Origin: Euglena gracilis
Lineage: Eukaryota
Direction of reading: 5' to 3'
DNA: 64,000 nt
NCBI GenBank assembly: GCA_039621445.1
Contig: CP154954.1
Coordinates: forward strand, 26,176,954-26,240,953
Position 1 is the first letter of the stretch; each line of letters starts with the position of its first letter. This document shows, in pieces, positions 23,640 to 37,805 of the stretch. The notes beneath the pieces are model-generated. The model searched no databases. It was not told the DNA's origin and saw nothing but the letters and a program-made list of their open reading frames with translations. The translations under genes and the position numbers were made by a program.

Positions 23640-26188
23640 CCCATGAGCCATGTTGTCCCATTAGCAGGCGAACGTGATTGCCAATGAAAGCCAACAAGGG
23701 CCGCACTTCCCATTCTTCCGTAGCAGTCCAGCACAAAGAGGACAACGGTCGTCAGCATGAATATGTGGAAACCACTTGACTTGGATCTTTGTCAAAACCT
23801 TGGGATGAGCTGGAGCCAGGACGCCATTTAAGCCAAGGGGATCCCCTGCGGGGGGGGGGGGATCCAGCCAGCCAGCAGTCTTTTTTTTCAGTCCCGGAGC
23901 CGCCTCAAATGACTTATTTTTAACTGGACTCTCTCCAGCTCAAAATTTTAATCATAAAATTGATAATTTTTAATTTGGCAATGCTGTGGGTGTTTTTACA
24001 GTTTGATAATTCCGGGTCTAGTTCACCCCTGGGTTCAGGTGATATGGGACGAGTAAGGGAATCATGCACAGCCCCAGGCGTCGCTTAGCGGCCCCTGGGA
24101 GGGGGGTTGGAAGAGCTGAAAAAAATTAGCCTGGATGGAAACAGGCTGCTGGCTGACCTCATGGTTTCCAGGTATTCAAATGCCACCCCCTGCCCCTGCA
24201 TTCAACAATGGCTTTGCAAAAGCATTACGTGATCCTTCGTGAATTTCAGTGAATTTTCCTGTTCAGTAAATGGGAGGATCCCCAGTGTGGATATTATCCT
24301 TCTATATCTGCATGAATGCAAAAAAAAACAAAAACACAGGTTGCATTGAAATGGGGGGGGGGCCCTTTCAGGTCTTAAAGCTTGGCGCTGAATTTGAGGT
24401 GTTTGGGGGGCCTATCGAGGGCTGTTTGCATGCCTTTTTCATGCAGTTTGTCCGTCCCCCCCATCTCTTTTTAACTCTTTCCTCCTTATTTGATCCTGCC
24501 TGAAAATGCCAATCCACCCGCCTGAAAGCGCATTGCCGCCGGACTGAAAATGCACATCCACTGGACTGAAAATGTACGTCCACCAGACTGAAAACACACA
24601 TACCTGCCATGGGAGTGCGCCAGCCCCAAAATACACCTCGAATGGTCTGAAAAAACACATCCACCAGCCTGAAAGCACACATCCACCAGCCTGGAAACGC
24701 ACATCCACCAGATTGATAACACACATCCACGGGAGTGCAACGATTTTGCAAAAGTACACGCACCAGCCTTGAGACACACATCCACCGGCTTGAAAGCCCA
24801 CATCCATGGAAAGTCACGTCCACCCGCCTGGAAGCGCAAATCCACGGAATTGCACTGGTTTGCAAAAGCACATCCATTGGACTGAAAATGCACATCCACC
24901 AGACTGAAAATGCACATCCACCGGTCTTTAATCCGCGCATCCACCGGACTGAAAAGCACATCCACCGGACTGATAACACACAACACCGGACTGAAGACGC
25001 ACATCCACCGGACTGAAGACACACATCCACCGGACCGAAGATGCGCATCCACCGGACTACGGACTGAAAACACACATCCACCGGACTTAAAATGCCCATC
25101 CACCGGACTGAAAAGACACATCCGCCGGACTGAAAATTCACATCCGGCAGACTGAAAACGCACATCCACTAGAATGAAGACGCACATCCACCGGACTGAA
25201 GATGCACATCCACCGGACCGAAGACGCCCATCCACCGGACTGAAGACGCATGTCCACCGGACTGAAAAAACATATCCACCGGACTGAAACCACACATGCA
25301 CTGTACTGAAAACCTACATCAACTGGACTGAAAAGACACATCCACCAGACTGATACTCACATTCCGCGGACTGAAAACACACAGCAACCAGATTGATAAC
25401 ACACATCCACCGGACTGAAAACGCACATCCACCGGACTGAAAACGGACATCCTGCAGACTGAAAACACATATCCACCGGACTGAGAACACACATCCATCG
25501 GGCTGATAACGCACATCCGTCGGACTGAAAACACACATCTATCGGACTGGAAACACACATCCACCGGACTGAAGACGCACATCCACCGGACTGAAAACAC
25601 GCATCCACTGGCCAGAAAAATGCATATGCTCCAGCCTGGAAATGCACGGACTGAAAACACACATCTACCGGACTGAAAGCACACATCCACTGGACTGAAG
25701 ACGCTCATCCACCAGACTGAAAACGCAAATCCACCGGACTGAAAATGGACGTCCACCAGATTTAAATCACAGATCCACCGGACTTAAAACCCACATCCAA
25801 CGGACTGATGCACGTCCACTGGACTGAAAATGAACCCAGCCTTGATGATGGTTTCAAATTTCCCTTCCTTGATCACAAGGATGAACCTGAAATCAACCAA
25901 ATTGGCACAAAAACCAGTCTTTTTGGTTGTTTTCCCCTTTCAGTCTGGTGGATGTACGTTTTCAGTCCGCCAGATGTGAGGTTTTCAGTTGGGTGGATGC
26001 GCGTTTTCAGTCCGATGGATGTGCACTTTCAGTCCGGTGGATGTATATTTTCAGACCGTTGGATGTGCTTTTTCAGTTGAGTGGATGTGCATTTTCAGTC
26101 CGGTGGATATGTGTTTTTAGTTCGCTGGGTGTGTGTTTTCAGTGAGGTGGATGTGTTGTTTCTGTCGGGTGGACGTGCGTTTTCAGTA

Positions 26189-26669
26189 CCCGCCCCCCCC
26201 CCCCCCCCCGGGCAATTGACGCCCCCGGGCAATTGACGCCCCCGGGCAATTGTCACCCCTGGCTGTGCCGGCCAATTTGTCACCCCGGGAAATTGTCACC
26301 CCGTCCGTGCTGCCCAATTTGTCACCCCCCCCCATAGAAGATGTTTGTGAACTTTCTTTTCACCAACACGACTCGATTGATCCTCTATTTCGCCACAACA
26401 TGCTGAGAAATGTCACATACCAAATGCTCTGCACAATATCACGACCATAGCTGCATTTTTGCGTGTTCACTGGTGTTTCAGATGGTGTTTTTGGTCATTT
26501 GGTTTCAATGTGGCCTACATGGGTGGGCAATTGACGCCCCCGGGCAATTGACGCCCCCGGGCAATTGTCACCCCCCTCTGTGCTGGCCAAATTGTCACCC
26601 CGGGAAATTGTCACCCCCCTCCGTGCTGCCCGATTTGTCACGCGACAATTGCCCGGGGGGGGGGGCGGG
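26189..26669. mobile_element. TA-targeting (Tc1/mariner-type) MITE, copy 1
   Basis: TA on both sides; removal restores the satellite monomer ttttcagTAcggtggatg; poly-C/G TIRs with gggcaattg; internal caattg/tcacccc repeats. Confidence 0.85.
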
Positions 26670-28512
26670 TACGGTGGATGTGCGCCTTCTGTCCGGTGGA
26701 TGTGTGTTTTCAGTCTGGTGGATTTCGTTTTCAGTCTAGTGGATGTGCTTTTTTCAGTCCGGTGGATGTATATTTCAGTCCGGTGGATGTTCATTTTCAG
26801 TCCGCTGGATGTGTGCTTCAGTCCGGTGGAGACGTTTTTTCAGTACGATGGATGTGCGTTGTCAGTCCGGTGGGTGTTTGCAAGTCGGTGGTTGCGCACT
26901 TTCAGTCCGGTGGATGTGTGTTTTCAGTCCGGTGGACGTGCGTCTTCAGCCTTGTGTTGTGTGTTATCAGCCAATGGCCAATGTATGTGTGTTTTGAGTC
27001 CGGTGGATGTGTGTTTTCAGTCTGGTGATTGTGCGTTTTCAGTCCAGTGGATGTGTGTTTTCAGTCCGGTGGATGTGTGTTTTCAGTCCGGTGATTGTGT
27101 GCTATCAGTCCAGTGGATGCGTGTTTTCAGTCCGGTGGACTCCGGTGGATGTGTGTTTTCAGCTCGGTGGGTGTGTGTTTTCAGTCTGCTGGATGCGCGT
27201 TGTCAGTCAGGTGGATGTGTGTTTTCAGCTCGGTGGGTGTGTGTTTTCAGTCTGCTGGATGCGCGTTGTCAGTCAGGTGGATGTGTGTTCTTAGCTCGGT
27301 GGATGTATGTTTTCAGTTCGGTGGATGTCTGTTTTCAGTCCGGTGGATGTGCATTTTCAGTCCAGTGGCTGTGCATCTTCTGTCCGGTGGATGTGCGCTT
27401 TCAGCCCGGTGCATGTGTTTTCAGTCCGGTGGGTACCCACCGGACTGAAAATGCACATCTAGCTGACTGGAAATACACATCCACCGGACTGAACACGCAC
27501 GTCCACCGTACTGAAAATGCACATCCAGCGGACTGAAAACACACATCCACTCAACTGAAAAAGCACATCCACCGACCTGATAACGCACATCCACCGGACT
27601 GAGAACGCACATCCACCGACCTGAAACCGCACATCCACCAGACTGAAAACGCACATCCACCGACCTGAAACCGCACATCCACCAGACTGAAAACACACAT
27701 CCACCGGACTGAAAACACACATCCACCGAACTGATAGCGCACATTTAATGACCTGAAAACACACACTCACCGGACTGAAAGCGCACGTCCACGTAACTAA
27801 GAAAACACACGTCCACCGGACTGAAAACACACATGAATCGGCCTGAAAACACACATCCACCGGACTGCATCCACCGGACTGAAAGCGCACGTCCATCGGA
27901 CTGAAAATGCACATCTAGCGCACTCAAAAAACACATCCACCGGAGTCAAAACACACATCCACCGGACTGAAAACACACACCTTCCAGAATGTAAACACAC
28001 ATCCACTAGACCAAAAAAATACACATATCCACCAAACTGGAAACACACATCAACTGGACTGAAAATGCACATCCATCAGACTGATAACGCACATCCACCA
28101 GACTGATAACGCACATCCACCGGACTGAAAGCGCACATCTACCGGACTGAAAACCCACATCCACCAGACTGAAAACGTACATCCATCGGACTGAAGACGC
28201 ACGTTCACCATACTGAAAACGTACGTTTACCGGACTGAAAACGTACATCCTCCAAGTTTAAATACACTCCACCGGACTGAAAATGCACATTCAGCGACCT
28301 GAAAACACACATCCACCAGACTGAAAACGCACATCCACCCGACTGAAAACACACATTCTCCGGACTGAAAACTCACATCCGTCAACCTGAACACAATGCA
28401 CATCTACCAGACTGAAAATGAATATCCACCGGATTGAAAGCACATGTCCACTGGACTAAAAACACACATCCACCTAACTGAAAACACACACCCACCGGAC
28501 TGAAAACACATA

Positions 28513-28963
28513 CCCCCCCCCCCCCCCGGGCAATTGACGCCCCCGGGCAATTGTCACCCCTGGCTGTGCCGGCCAATTTGTCACCCCGGGAAATTGTCAC
28601 CCCCCTCCGTGCTGCCCGATTTGTCACCCCCCCCCATAGAAGATGTTTGTGAACTTTCTTTTCGCCGACACGGCCCCCTATTTCGCTACAACGTGCTGAG
28701 AAATGTCACACACCAAATGCTCTGCACAATATCACAACCATAGCTGCATTTTTTTCCCCCGTGTTCACTGGTGTTTCAGATGGCGTTCTTGGTCATTTGG
28801 ATTTAATGTGGCCTACATGGGTGGGCAATTGACGCCCCCGGGCAATTGACGCCCCCGGGCAATTGTCCCCCCCCTCTGTGCCGGCCAAATTGTCACCCCG
28901 GGAAATTGTCACCCCCCTCCATGCTGCCCGATTTGTCGCGCGACAATTGTCCGGGGGGGGGGG
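28513..28963. mobile_element. TA-targeting MITE, copy 2 of the 26189 family
   Basis: Highly similar to 26189-26669; TA at 28511-12 and 28964-65. Confidence 0.85.
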
Positions 28964-29015
28964 TATGCACAAGACTGAAAATGCACATCCACCAGACCCA
29001 AAACACCACAACGGT

Positions 29016-29210
29016 CTGAAAGTGGAGATTGACGCATTCTCGTCCAAAGCACATTCTTGTTTGCCCAATTACTGGTCAAGTCATACAAATGCATTTGATA
29101 AGTTTTGGGGTGATGTGGTCCTGTGGCTACACCCACCTCTGAAACTTATCCCTCTTGTTGTTGACATAATCCTTTGGGATCAAGCACGCGGTGTGCTGCT
29201 CATTCCTTCC
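29016..29210 (+). pseudogene. DIRS-type adenine-methyltransferase-like (MT) domain fragment embedded in the satellite
   Basis: EIDAFSSKAHSCLPNYWS..NAFDKFWGDVVLWLHPPLKLIPLVV..I..DQARGVLLIP fits the DxFAS...DAF...W...NPP...LIxP pattern of DIRS MT domains. Confidence 0.7.
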
Positions 29211-30560
29211 TTCCTAAAGTGCACATCCACCAGACTGATAACGCGCATCCACCGGACTAAAAACCTCACATCCGGCGGACTGAAAACACACATCCACTGG
29301 AATGAAGACGCACATCCACTGGACTTAAGACGCACATCCACCGGAGTGAAAACACATATCCACCGGAATGAGAACGTATATCCATCAGTCTGGAAACACA
29401 CATCCACCGGACTGAAAACGCACATCCACCGGATTGAAAGCACATGTCCACCAAACTGAAAATGCACATCCACCGGATTGAAAACACACATCCACCGACC
29501 TGGAAACACACATCCACCAGACTGAAAGTGCACATCCACCGGATTGAACACACCCACCGGACTGAAAACACATATCCACCGACCTGAAAACGCACATCCA
29601 CCAGATTGAAAGCACATGTCCACCGGACTGAAAACACACATCCACCGGACTGATGCACGTCCACCGAACTGAAAATGAACGTCCACCTGATTGAAACCAC
29701 ACACATCCACCAGACTGAAAGTGCATAGCCACCGACTTGAAAACATACCGGACTGAAAACGCACATCCAGCGGACTGAAAACACACATCCACCGAACTGG
29801 AAACACACATCCATCGGACTGAAAACACACATCCACTCAACTGAAAAGAACATCCACCGGACTGAAAACACACATTTACCATACTTAAAACGCACATCCA
29901 TTGAAGCGATAACGCACATCCATTGGACTGAAAACGTTTATCCATCAGTCTGAGGGTGCACATCCACCGGACTGAAAACACATATCCACCGCAGAGAAGA
30001 GACACATCCACCGTACTGAAAACCCACATCGCACCAGACTGAAAACACACGTCTACCGGACTGAAAACATGGACTAAAAGCGCACATCCACTCAACTGAA
30101 AAAGCACATCCACCGGGCTGAAGTCACACGTCCATCGGACTGAAGACGCATATCCACCGGACTGAAAGCACACATCCTCCAAATTAGATACACTGTACCG
30201 GACTGAAACCACCACTTCCACCGCACTGAAAACACACAACCACCGCTACTGAAAACACACATCCTTAGGACTGGAAACAAAACTGCCACCAGACTGAAAA
30301 CATGCCCTCATTGTACTGAATACGCACATCCACCGGACAGAAGACGCACATCCACCGGACTGAAAATGCACATTCAGCGGACTGAAAACGCACATCCACC
30401 GAGCTGAAAAACACACATCCACCTGACTGAAAACGCGCATCCATGTGCACTTTCAGTCCGGTGGATGTGTGTTTTCAGTCTGGCGGATGTGCGTTATCAG
30501 TCTGGTGGATGTGCGTTTTCAGGTCAGTGGATGTGTGTTTTCAGTCCGGTGGGTCTGTGT

Positions 30561-30943
30561 CAGGGTTCGAGAAAAGGAGGGCGTACATGGTTTAGGTTGG
30601 GGGGTGTCCCCCCCCCCTTCCTGGCCCGCAGGGGGGGGGGTCCGGACCACCCCCCCCCCCCCACCTGCAAGGGGGGTCCGGACCGACCCTCGGGGGGGTT
30701 CCCGGGACCCCCCCAAAAAGGGTCAATTTTTTCCTCCGGCGTTTTGCGCCGAAAATTTTTTGCATTTTGGCACATTTTTGCCCAAAAAGTGCCCAAAATG
30801 GCACTTTTGGTCGTTTTGGGGGGTCAAAAATTTTCGGCCACCCTGACCGCGCACCTGTTTAGTGTCCCCCCCCCCCCCCCCCCCTCCTGGCCCGCAGGGG
30901 GGGTCCGGACCACCCCCCCCTCCTCTCCTTATATCGAACCCTG
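30561..30943. mobile_element. hAT-type MITE, 383 bp, 8-bp TSD
   Basis: TIR CAGGGTTCGA...TCGAACCCTG (imperfect to ~20 bp); perfect TSD gtctgtgt at 30553-60 and 30944-51, inside the satellite. Confidence 0.9.
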
Positions 30944-32130
30944 GTCTGTGTTCAGTCTGGTGGATGTGCTTTTTCAGTTGAGTGGATGTGTGTTTCCAGT
31001 TCGGTGGATGTGTGTTTTTAGTCTGGTGGATGTGCGTGTTCAGTCCGGTGGATGTGTGTTTTCAGTCCGCTGGATGTGCATTTTCAGTCTGGTAGGTGTG
31101 TGTTTTCAAGTCGGTGGTTGTGCATTTTCAGCCCGGTCGATGTGTGTGTTTTCAGTCAGGTGGATGTTCATTTCCAGTCCAGTGGATGTGCATCAGTCCG
31201 GTGGATATGTGTTTTTTTATTCCGGTGGGTGTGTGTTTTCAGTTTGGTGGATGTGTGTTTTAGTCTGGTGACTGTGCGTTTTCAGTCTGGTGGATGTGCG
31301 TTTTCAGACTTGTGGATATGCGTTTTCAGTCCGGTGCAAATGTCTTTTCTGTCCGGTGGATGAGGTTTTTCAGTCCGGTGGATGTGTGTTTTCAGTCTGG
31401 ATATGCGTTTTCAGTCCGGTGGATGTGTGCTTTCAGTCTGGTGGATGTGCGTTTTCAGCCTGCATTTCCAGGCTGAAGCATATACATCTTTCAAGCCAGT
31501 GGATGTGTGTTTTCACTTCGCTCGTACTTGTGTTTTCAGTCCGGTGGAGGTAGGTGTTCAGTCCGTTGGATGTGCGTTTTCAGTCCTTCAGATGTGGGTT
31601 TTCAGTCCGGTGGATGTGTGTTTTCAGGTCGGTGGATGTGCGTCTTCAGTCTGGTGTTGTGTATCAGTCCGGTGCATGTGTTTTTTCAGTCCGTTGGACG
31701 TGCGTCTTCAGACCAGTGGATGTGTGTGCTCAGTCCGGTGGATGTGCGTTTTGGGTCCGGTGGATGTGCGTTTTATGTCTGGTGGATGTGTATATTCAGT
31801 CCGGTGGATGTCTGTCTTCAGTCCGGTGGATGTGTCTTTTCAGTGGACTGAAACACACATCCACCGGACTGAAGACGCACATCCACCAGATTGAAAGCAC
31901 ATGTCCAGCGGACTGAAAACGCGCATCCACCGGACTGGCTTGACGGGATTCATGCACGTCCACTGGACTGAAAATGAACATCCACCTGACTGAAAACACA
32001 CATCAACTGAACTGAAAGTGCACAACCACGGACTTGAAAACACACACCCACTGGACTGAAAATGCACATCCAGCGGACTGAAAACACACATCCACCGGAC
32101 TGAAAACACAAATCAACTGAACTGAAAAAG

Positions 32131-34732
32131 CACATCCACCGGACTGAACACATACCCACCGGACTGAAAACACACATCCACCGACCTGGGAATGCATATC
32201 CACCGGACTGAAAACTCATATCCACCGGACAGAAAACACATATCCAGACTGAAAACACACATCCACCGGACTGAGAAAACCACATCCACCTGACTGAAAA
32301 CACACATCCACCGGACGGAAACCACATCTCCACAAGTTTGAAAACGCACATCCACCAGACTGAAGACGCACATCCACCAAACTGAAAACGTACATCCACC
32401 GGACTGAAAACACACATCCACCGGACTGAAAACACATATCCACAAGTTTGAAAACGCACATCCACCAGACTGAAGATGCACATCCACCGGACTGAAAACA
32501 CATATCCACCAAACTGAAAACGTACATCCACCGGACTGAAAATTCGCATCCACTGGATTGAAAGCACATGTCCACCAGACTGAAAATGCACATCCACCGG
32601 ACTGATGCACGTCCACTGGACTGATAATGAACATCCACCTGGCTGAAAAAATACATCCACCAGACTGAAAGTGCACAACCACCGACTTGAAAACTCACAC
32701 TCACCGGACTGAAAACGCACATCCAGCGGACTGAATACGCACATATCCACAATTCTGAAAACACACATCCACCAGACCGAAGACACACATCCACCGGACT
32801 GAAGACGCACATCCACCGGAATGAAAACGCAAATCCACCGGACTGAAAATTCACATCCACCGGATTGAAAGCACATGTCCACCGGACTGAAAACGCGCAT
32901 CCACCGGAGTGATGCACGTCCACTGGATTGAAAATGAACATCCACCTGGCTGAAAACACACATCCACCGGACTGAAAGTGCGCAACAACCGACTTGAAAA
33001 AACACACACTCACCGGACTGAAAATGCACGTTCAGCGGACTGAAAACACACATCCACCGGACTGAAAAGGCACATCCACCGGACTGAAAACATCCCCACC
33101 GGACTGAGAACGTACATCCACCGACCTGAAAACACACATCCACCGGATTGAAAACACTCATCCACCGGACTGAAACAGCACACATCCACCAGACTGAAAG
33201 CGCACTTCCACCGGACTGAAAACACACATCCACCAGACTGAAAACACACACCCACCGGAATAAAAACACATATCCACCGGACTGGCGCACGTCCACTGGA
33301 CTGGAAATGAACATCCACCTGACTGAAAACACACACATCCACCAGACTGAAAGTGCACAACCACCGACTTGAAAACGCACACCCACTGGACTGAAAATGC
33401 TCATCCAGCGGAGTGAAAACACACATCCACCGGACTGAACACATACCCACCGGACTGAAAACACACATCCACCGACCTGGGAATGCATATCCACCGGACT
33501 GAAAACTCATATCCACCGGACAGAAAACACATATCCAGACTGAAAACACACATCCACCGGACTGAGAAAACCACATCCACCTGACTGAAAACACACATCC
33601 ACCGGACGGAAACCACATCTCCACAAGTTTGAAAACGCACATCCACCAGACTGAAGACGCACATCCACCAAACTGAAAACGTACATCCACCGGACTGAAA
33701 ACACACATCCACCGGACTGAAAACACATATCCACAAGTTTGAAAACGCACATCCACCAGACTGAAGATGCACATCCACCGGACTGAAAACGCATATCCAC
33801 CAAACTGAAAACGTACATCCACCGGACTGAAAATTCGCATCCACTGGATTGAAAGCACATGTCCACCAGACTGAAAATGCACATCCACCGGACTGATGCA
33901 CGTCCACTGGACTGATAATGAACATCCACCTGGCTGAAAAAATACATCCACCAGACTGAAAGTGCACAACCACCGACTTGAAAACTCACACTCACCGGAC
34001 TGAAAACGCACATCCAGCGGACTGAATACGCACATATCCACAATTCTGAAAACACACATCCACCAGACCGAAGACACACATCCACCGGACTGAAGACGCA
34101 CATCCACCGGAATGAAAACGCAAATCCACCGGACTGAAAATTCACATCCACCGGATTGAAAGCACATGTCCACCGGACTGAAAACGCGCATCCACCGGAG
34201 TGATGCACGTCCACTGGATTGAAAATGAACATCCACCTGGCTGAAAACACACATCCACCGGACTGAAAGTGCGCAACAACCGACTTGAAAAAACACACAC
34301 TCACCGGACTGAAAATGCACGTTCAGCGGACTGAAAACACACATCCACCGGACTGAAAAGGCACATCCACCGGACTGAAAACATCCCCACCGGACTGAGA
34401 ACGTACATCCACCGACCTGAAAACACACATCCACCGGATTGAAAACACTCATCCACCGGACTGAAACAGCACACATCCACCAGACTGAAAGCGCACTTCC
34501 ACCGGACTGAAAACACACATCCACCAGACTGAAAACACACACCCACCGGAATAAAAACACATATCCACCGGACTGGCGCACGTCCACTGGACTGGAAATG
34601 AACATCCACCTGACTGAAAACACACACATCCACCAGACTGAAAGTGCACAACCACCGACTTGAAAACGCACACCCACTGGACTGAAAATGCTCATCCAGC
34701 GGAGTGAAAACACACATCCACCGGACTGAACA
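32131..34732 (+). repeat. 1291-bp near-identical tandem duplication within the satellite
   Basis: 32131... recurs at 33422...; ORF-track translations repeat at a 1291 offset (32216/33507, 33158/34449) with one visible difference. Confidence 0.9.
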
Positions 34733-35649
34733 CGCACATCCACCGGACGAAAAACACACATCCACTAACTTGAAAACACACATCCGCTCAAATGGAAAAG
34801 CACATCCACCGGACTGAACACAGACCCCCCGGACTGAAAACGCACATCCAACGACCTGAAAACGCACATCCACTGGACTTAAAACGTACATCCACCGGAA
34901 TGATAAAGCACATCCAGCGGACTGGCAACACACATCCACCGGACTGAAAAAACACATCCACTGAACAGAAAACACACATTCACCGAACAGAAAACACACA
35001 TCCACCGGACTGTAAGCACATATCCACAAGTCTGAAAACGCACATCCGTATGGATGTGCGTTTTCAGTCCAGTGGACATGTGCCAGGGGGGGGGGGGGGA
35101 TGCGTTTCACATTTTTTCGCATTTTTGCGCATTTTTTTGCGCATTTTTCCTGATTTTTCGCATTTTTTTTGCGCATTTTTTTCAGTTTTTATGCGCATTT
35201 TCTGATTTTTTTTTGCGCATTTTTTTGCAGGTTTATTTTTTTAAATGGTTGTACATACTCATATTGTCTCTTGATGGATCCGACTGTTCCAAGTAACATT
35301 CAGAGGTTCGTTGCGGAATTTTTTTTGCACTCGATTTGTGTTTTGTTTCCATTTTTTTGAAAAATTTTCTTTATTTCAATTTGCTTTCCTCATACTCACA
35401 ACATGGCCGTCTCAAGCAATTCCAACCCAAGCTTTTGTGCAGTGTTTTTTGGGTCAAAATGCACAAAAGGTTGCACCCACATTTCACTTGAATCGGATGA
35501 ACATGTTCTGTTCAGGCCGGTATGTATATTGATATTTTGTGACATTTTGGCCTGCCATTAGCTTCACAACATTCAAGCCCCGTTTCGGAGGACATTGAGG
35601 ACCAGCAGAGCCAACCAAAGAGAAAGCGAGAGAAAGGAGTTGTCGGAAG

Positions 35650-36740
35650 AGGTTCTCATTATGCAAAAAGGGTCACTGTTGAAATACGATTTGGACAATA
35701 TTCGAGGGAACCATTTGAAGTCCGAATGGAAGGAAGTCACTCCATTTTGTGGTGCATTGCGTGTGGCAAAGGTGTCAGCCACCAGACCAAATTGTCAATT
35801 GACCAACACCTTCAAAAGCAGTGCCACAAAGACGGTGTGGAACGTCTTGGAAAGATGAAGAAGAAAGAAGAAAGAAGACGGACCCAAGAAGGTCCTCCAA
35901 CCTCTGCCATTGACTGGCAGGCAAGCCACCCTGGATGCTCACACAGAAGCTGCTGAGGTGAAGCGCAACCGTCAAGACGATTTGGTGTTGATGTGTTTGT
36001 GCACCGGCATACCTGTTGAGAAGATTGATCACCTCAGCTTCCGAGGATGGTTGAAGAAAACAACGCACATACATGGGTGCATCACTCGTTTAAGTGGCTA
36101 TTTCCCCAGTCAAAATGTTTTACGTTTGTATTTTGAAGTAATCGCGAAGATCAAAGACCTTTTGACCGGGTCAAGGATTGCACTGATGTTTGATGAATGG
36201 ACAGATGATGCGGGGTGTGCCACTGTGGCAGTCATTGCAATATCGGCGTCGGTTCATGTTGCAATTGATGTTCTGTTTCTTGAAGGACAAGGGAAGTCTT
36301 CTGGTGTTGAACACAAAGAGATTTGCAGCCAATTGAATAATACATTGAGCAGATTGGGCATGACACCAACTTGATTGATTTGGTGATTTGTGATGAAGGT
36401 TCTGTCATGGTGGCTGCGTACAAAAACGTTCTGTCAATCTTTTGGCCAAAGAGCACGCTTCTGCTGTGCATGGCACACAAGTTGAATCACGTTAGCCGTG
36501 CGCTTCAAAACCACCAAGATTTCAAGGTGCTGAGTGATGTGTTGTTTCCTGGGGCATATTTGGTTGCCACACCAAAGTATGCTGCCCGAAGGCGTCGGTG
36601 GAAAAACTCCTGTCATCCAAAGGGATGCAGGAAACGTTCCCGCCCAAAGTGGGCGAAACACGTTGGAACGCATGGGCTGATGCCGCACACTGGTGGTGCC
36701 AGAACATCAATGTCTGGAAAGAGTTCATCACAAAAGAGCA
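35650..36740 (+). pseudogene. hAT-like transposase pseudogene (frameshifts, stop, truncated by MITE insertion)
   Basis: Motifs in shifting frames, in the expected hAT order: zinc finger WCIACGK...IDQHLQKQCH, DLVLMCLCTGIPVEKIDHLSFRGWL, catalytic LMFDEWTD, VICDEGSVMVAA, CMAHKLN (CxxH), ETRWNAW. Confidence 0.85.
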
Positions 36741-37805
36741 CCCCCCCCTATGTCCAACGACCCCCCTATGTCCAATGACCCCCCCCCCCCCCCGGTCAGA
36801 GGACACCTTTTCGGAGGTTTGACCAAATTTTTGGTCCCGGCGTGAAGCGCCGGGACGAAAAATTTTGCCCAAAATTTTGCCCAAAATTTTGCCAAAAATT
36901 TGGCCAAAATGATAAATTTTTGACACTTTTTGGACAAAAATTTGTCAAAATTGCCCAAAATTTTCGGCGCGAAGCGCCGGAAGGGAAAATTTGGACATTT
37001 TTGGGTGGGTAGGGACCTGGTTAACCCCCCCCCCCATTTAAACCGACCCGTCAGTTTAGGACTTTTGGGTTGGCGGAAATCCTGGAGAGGGTCGGTTTAG
37101 ACGGGGGCTCGGTTTCAGGGGGAGCACGCGGCTGGCCGACGGCGTGACGGAAGCGGGTTGATGTCAGCAAGGCAATTTCAATTGGCAAATGCCCAATTTG
37201 GTCGGCCAATTCCTAACTTTGAGTGACAAATGCCTAATTTGGATGCAAATTCTTAATTTTCGGGGGCAAATGCTGAGTTTTGGGTGTAATATCCAATTTT
37301 TGGTGGCAGACTGCTTAATTTTGGGTGTAAACTTCAAATTTCAGATGGCAAATACCTAATTTTTGCAATTTTTGGGTTCCAACACCAAATTTTCAGAGGA
37401 AAATGCCCAATTTGAGGTGTAAACTCCAATATTTGGAAGCAAATGCCTAATTTGGGTGTAAAATCCTAATTTTGGGTCATCAATACGAACTATTCAATTA
37501 GCATGGACACTCTTTCCGTTGGCGGCTTCCATTGTGTTGTGCATGTTTGTCATCCAACTTGCCATGGGTCGGTTTATTTATTTTTTGGTTGAAATTCTGC
37601 AATGGGTCGGTTTGGAAGGGTAGGTCGGTTTAGAAGGGGGGTCGGTTTAAATGGGGGGGTTACCCACCAACTTTCTTTTGACCCCATGTCCAACGACCAC
37701 CCCCCGGTCAGAGGACACCTTTTTGGTCATTACCCTATGTCCAACGACCACCCCCCCCCCCCCGTCAGAGGACAGAGGTTACCGGTCATTGGACATAGGG
37801 GAGGG
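36741..37805. mobile_element. Second copy of the 54690 MITE carrying a nested TA-flanked element (37024-37660)
   Basis: Colinear with 54690-55086 except for the insert with TIR ACCCC..ATTTAAACCGACC / GGTCGGTTTAAATGGGG..T at a TA site. Confidence 0.8.

Noticed and set aside
31950-34761. Long ORFs of 514 and 583 aa (FSVRWMC/FQSGGC repeats)
   Set aside because: Translations of the stop-poor strand of the satellite, open in several frames.
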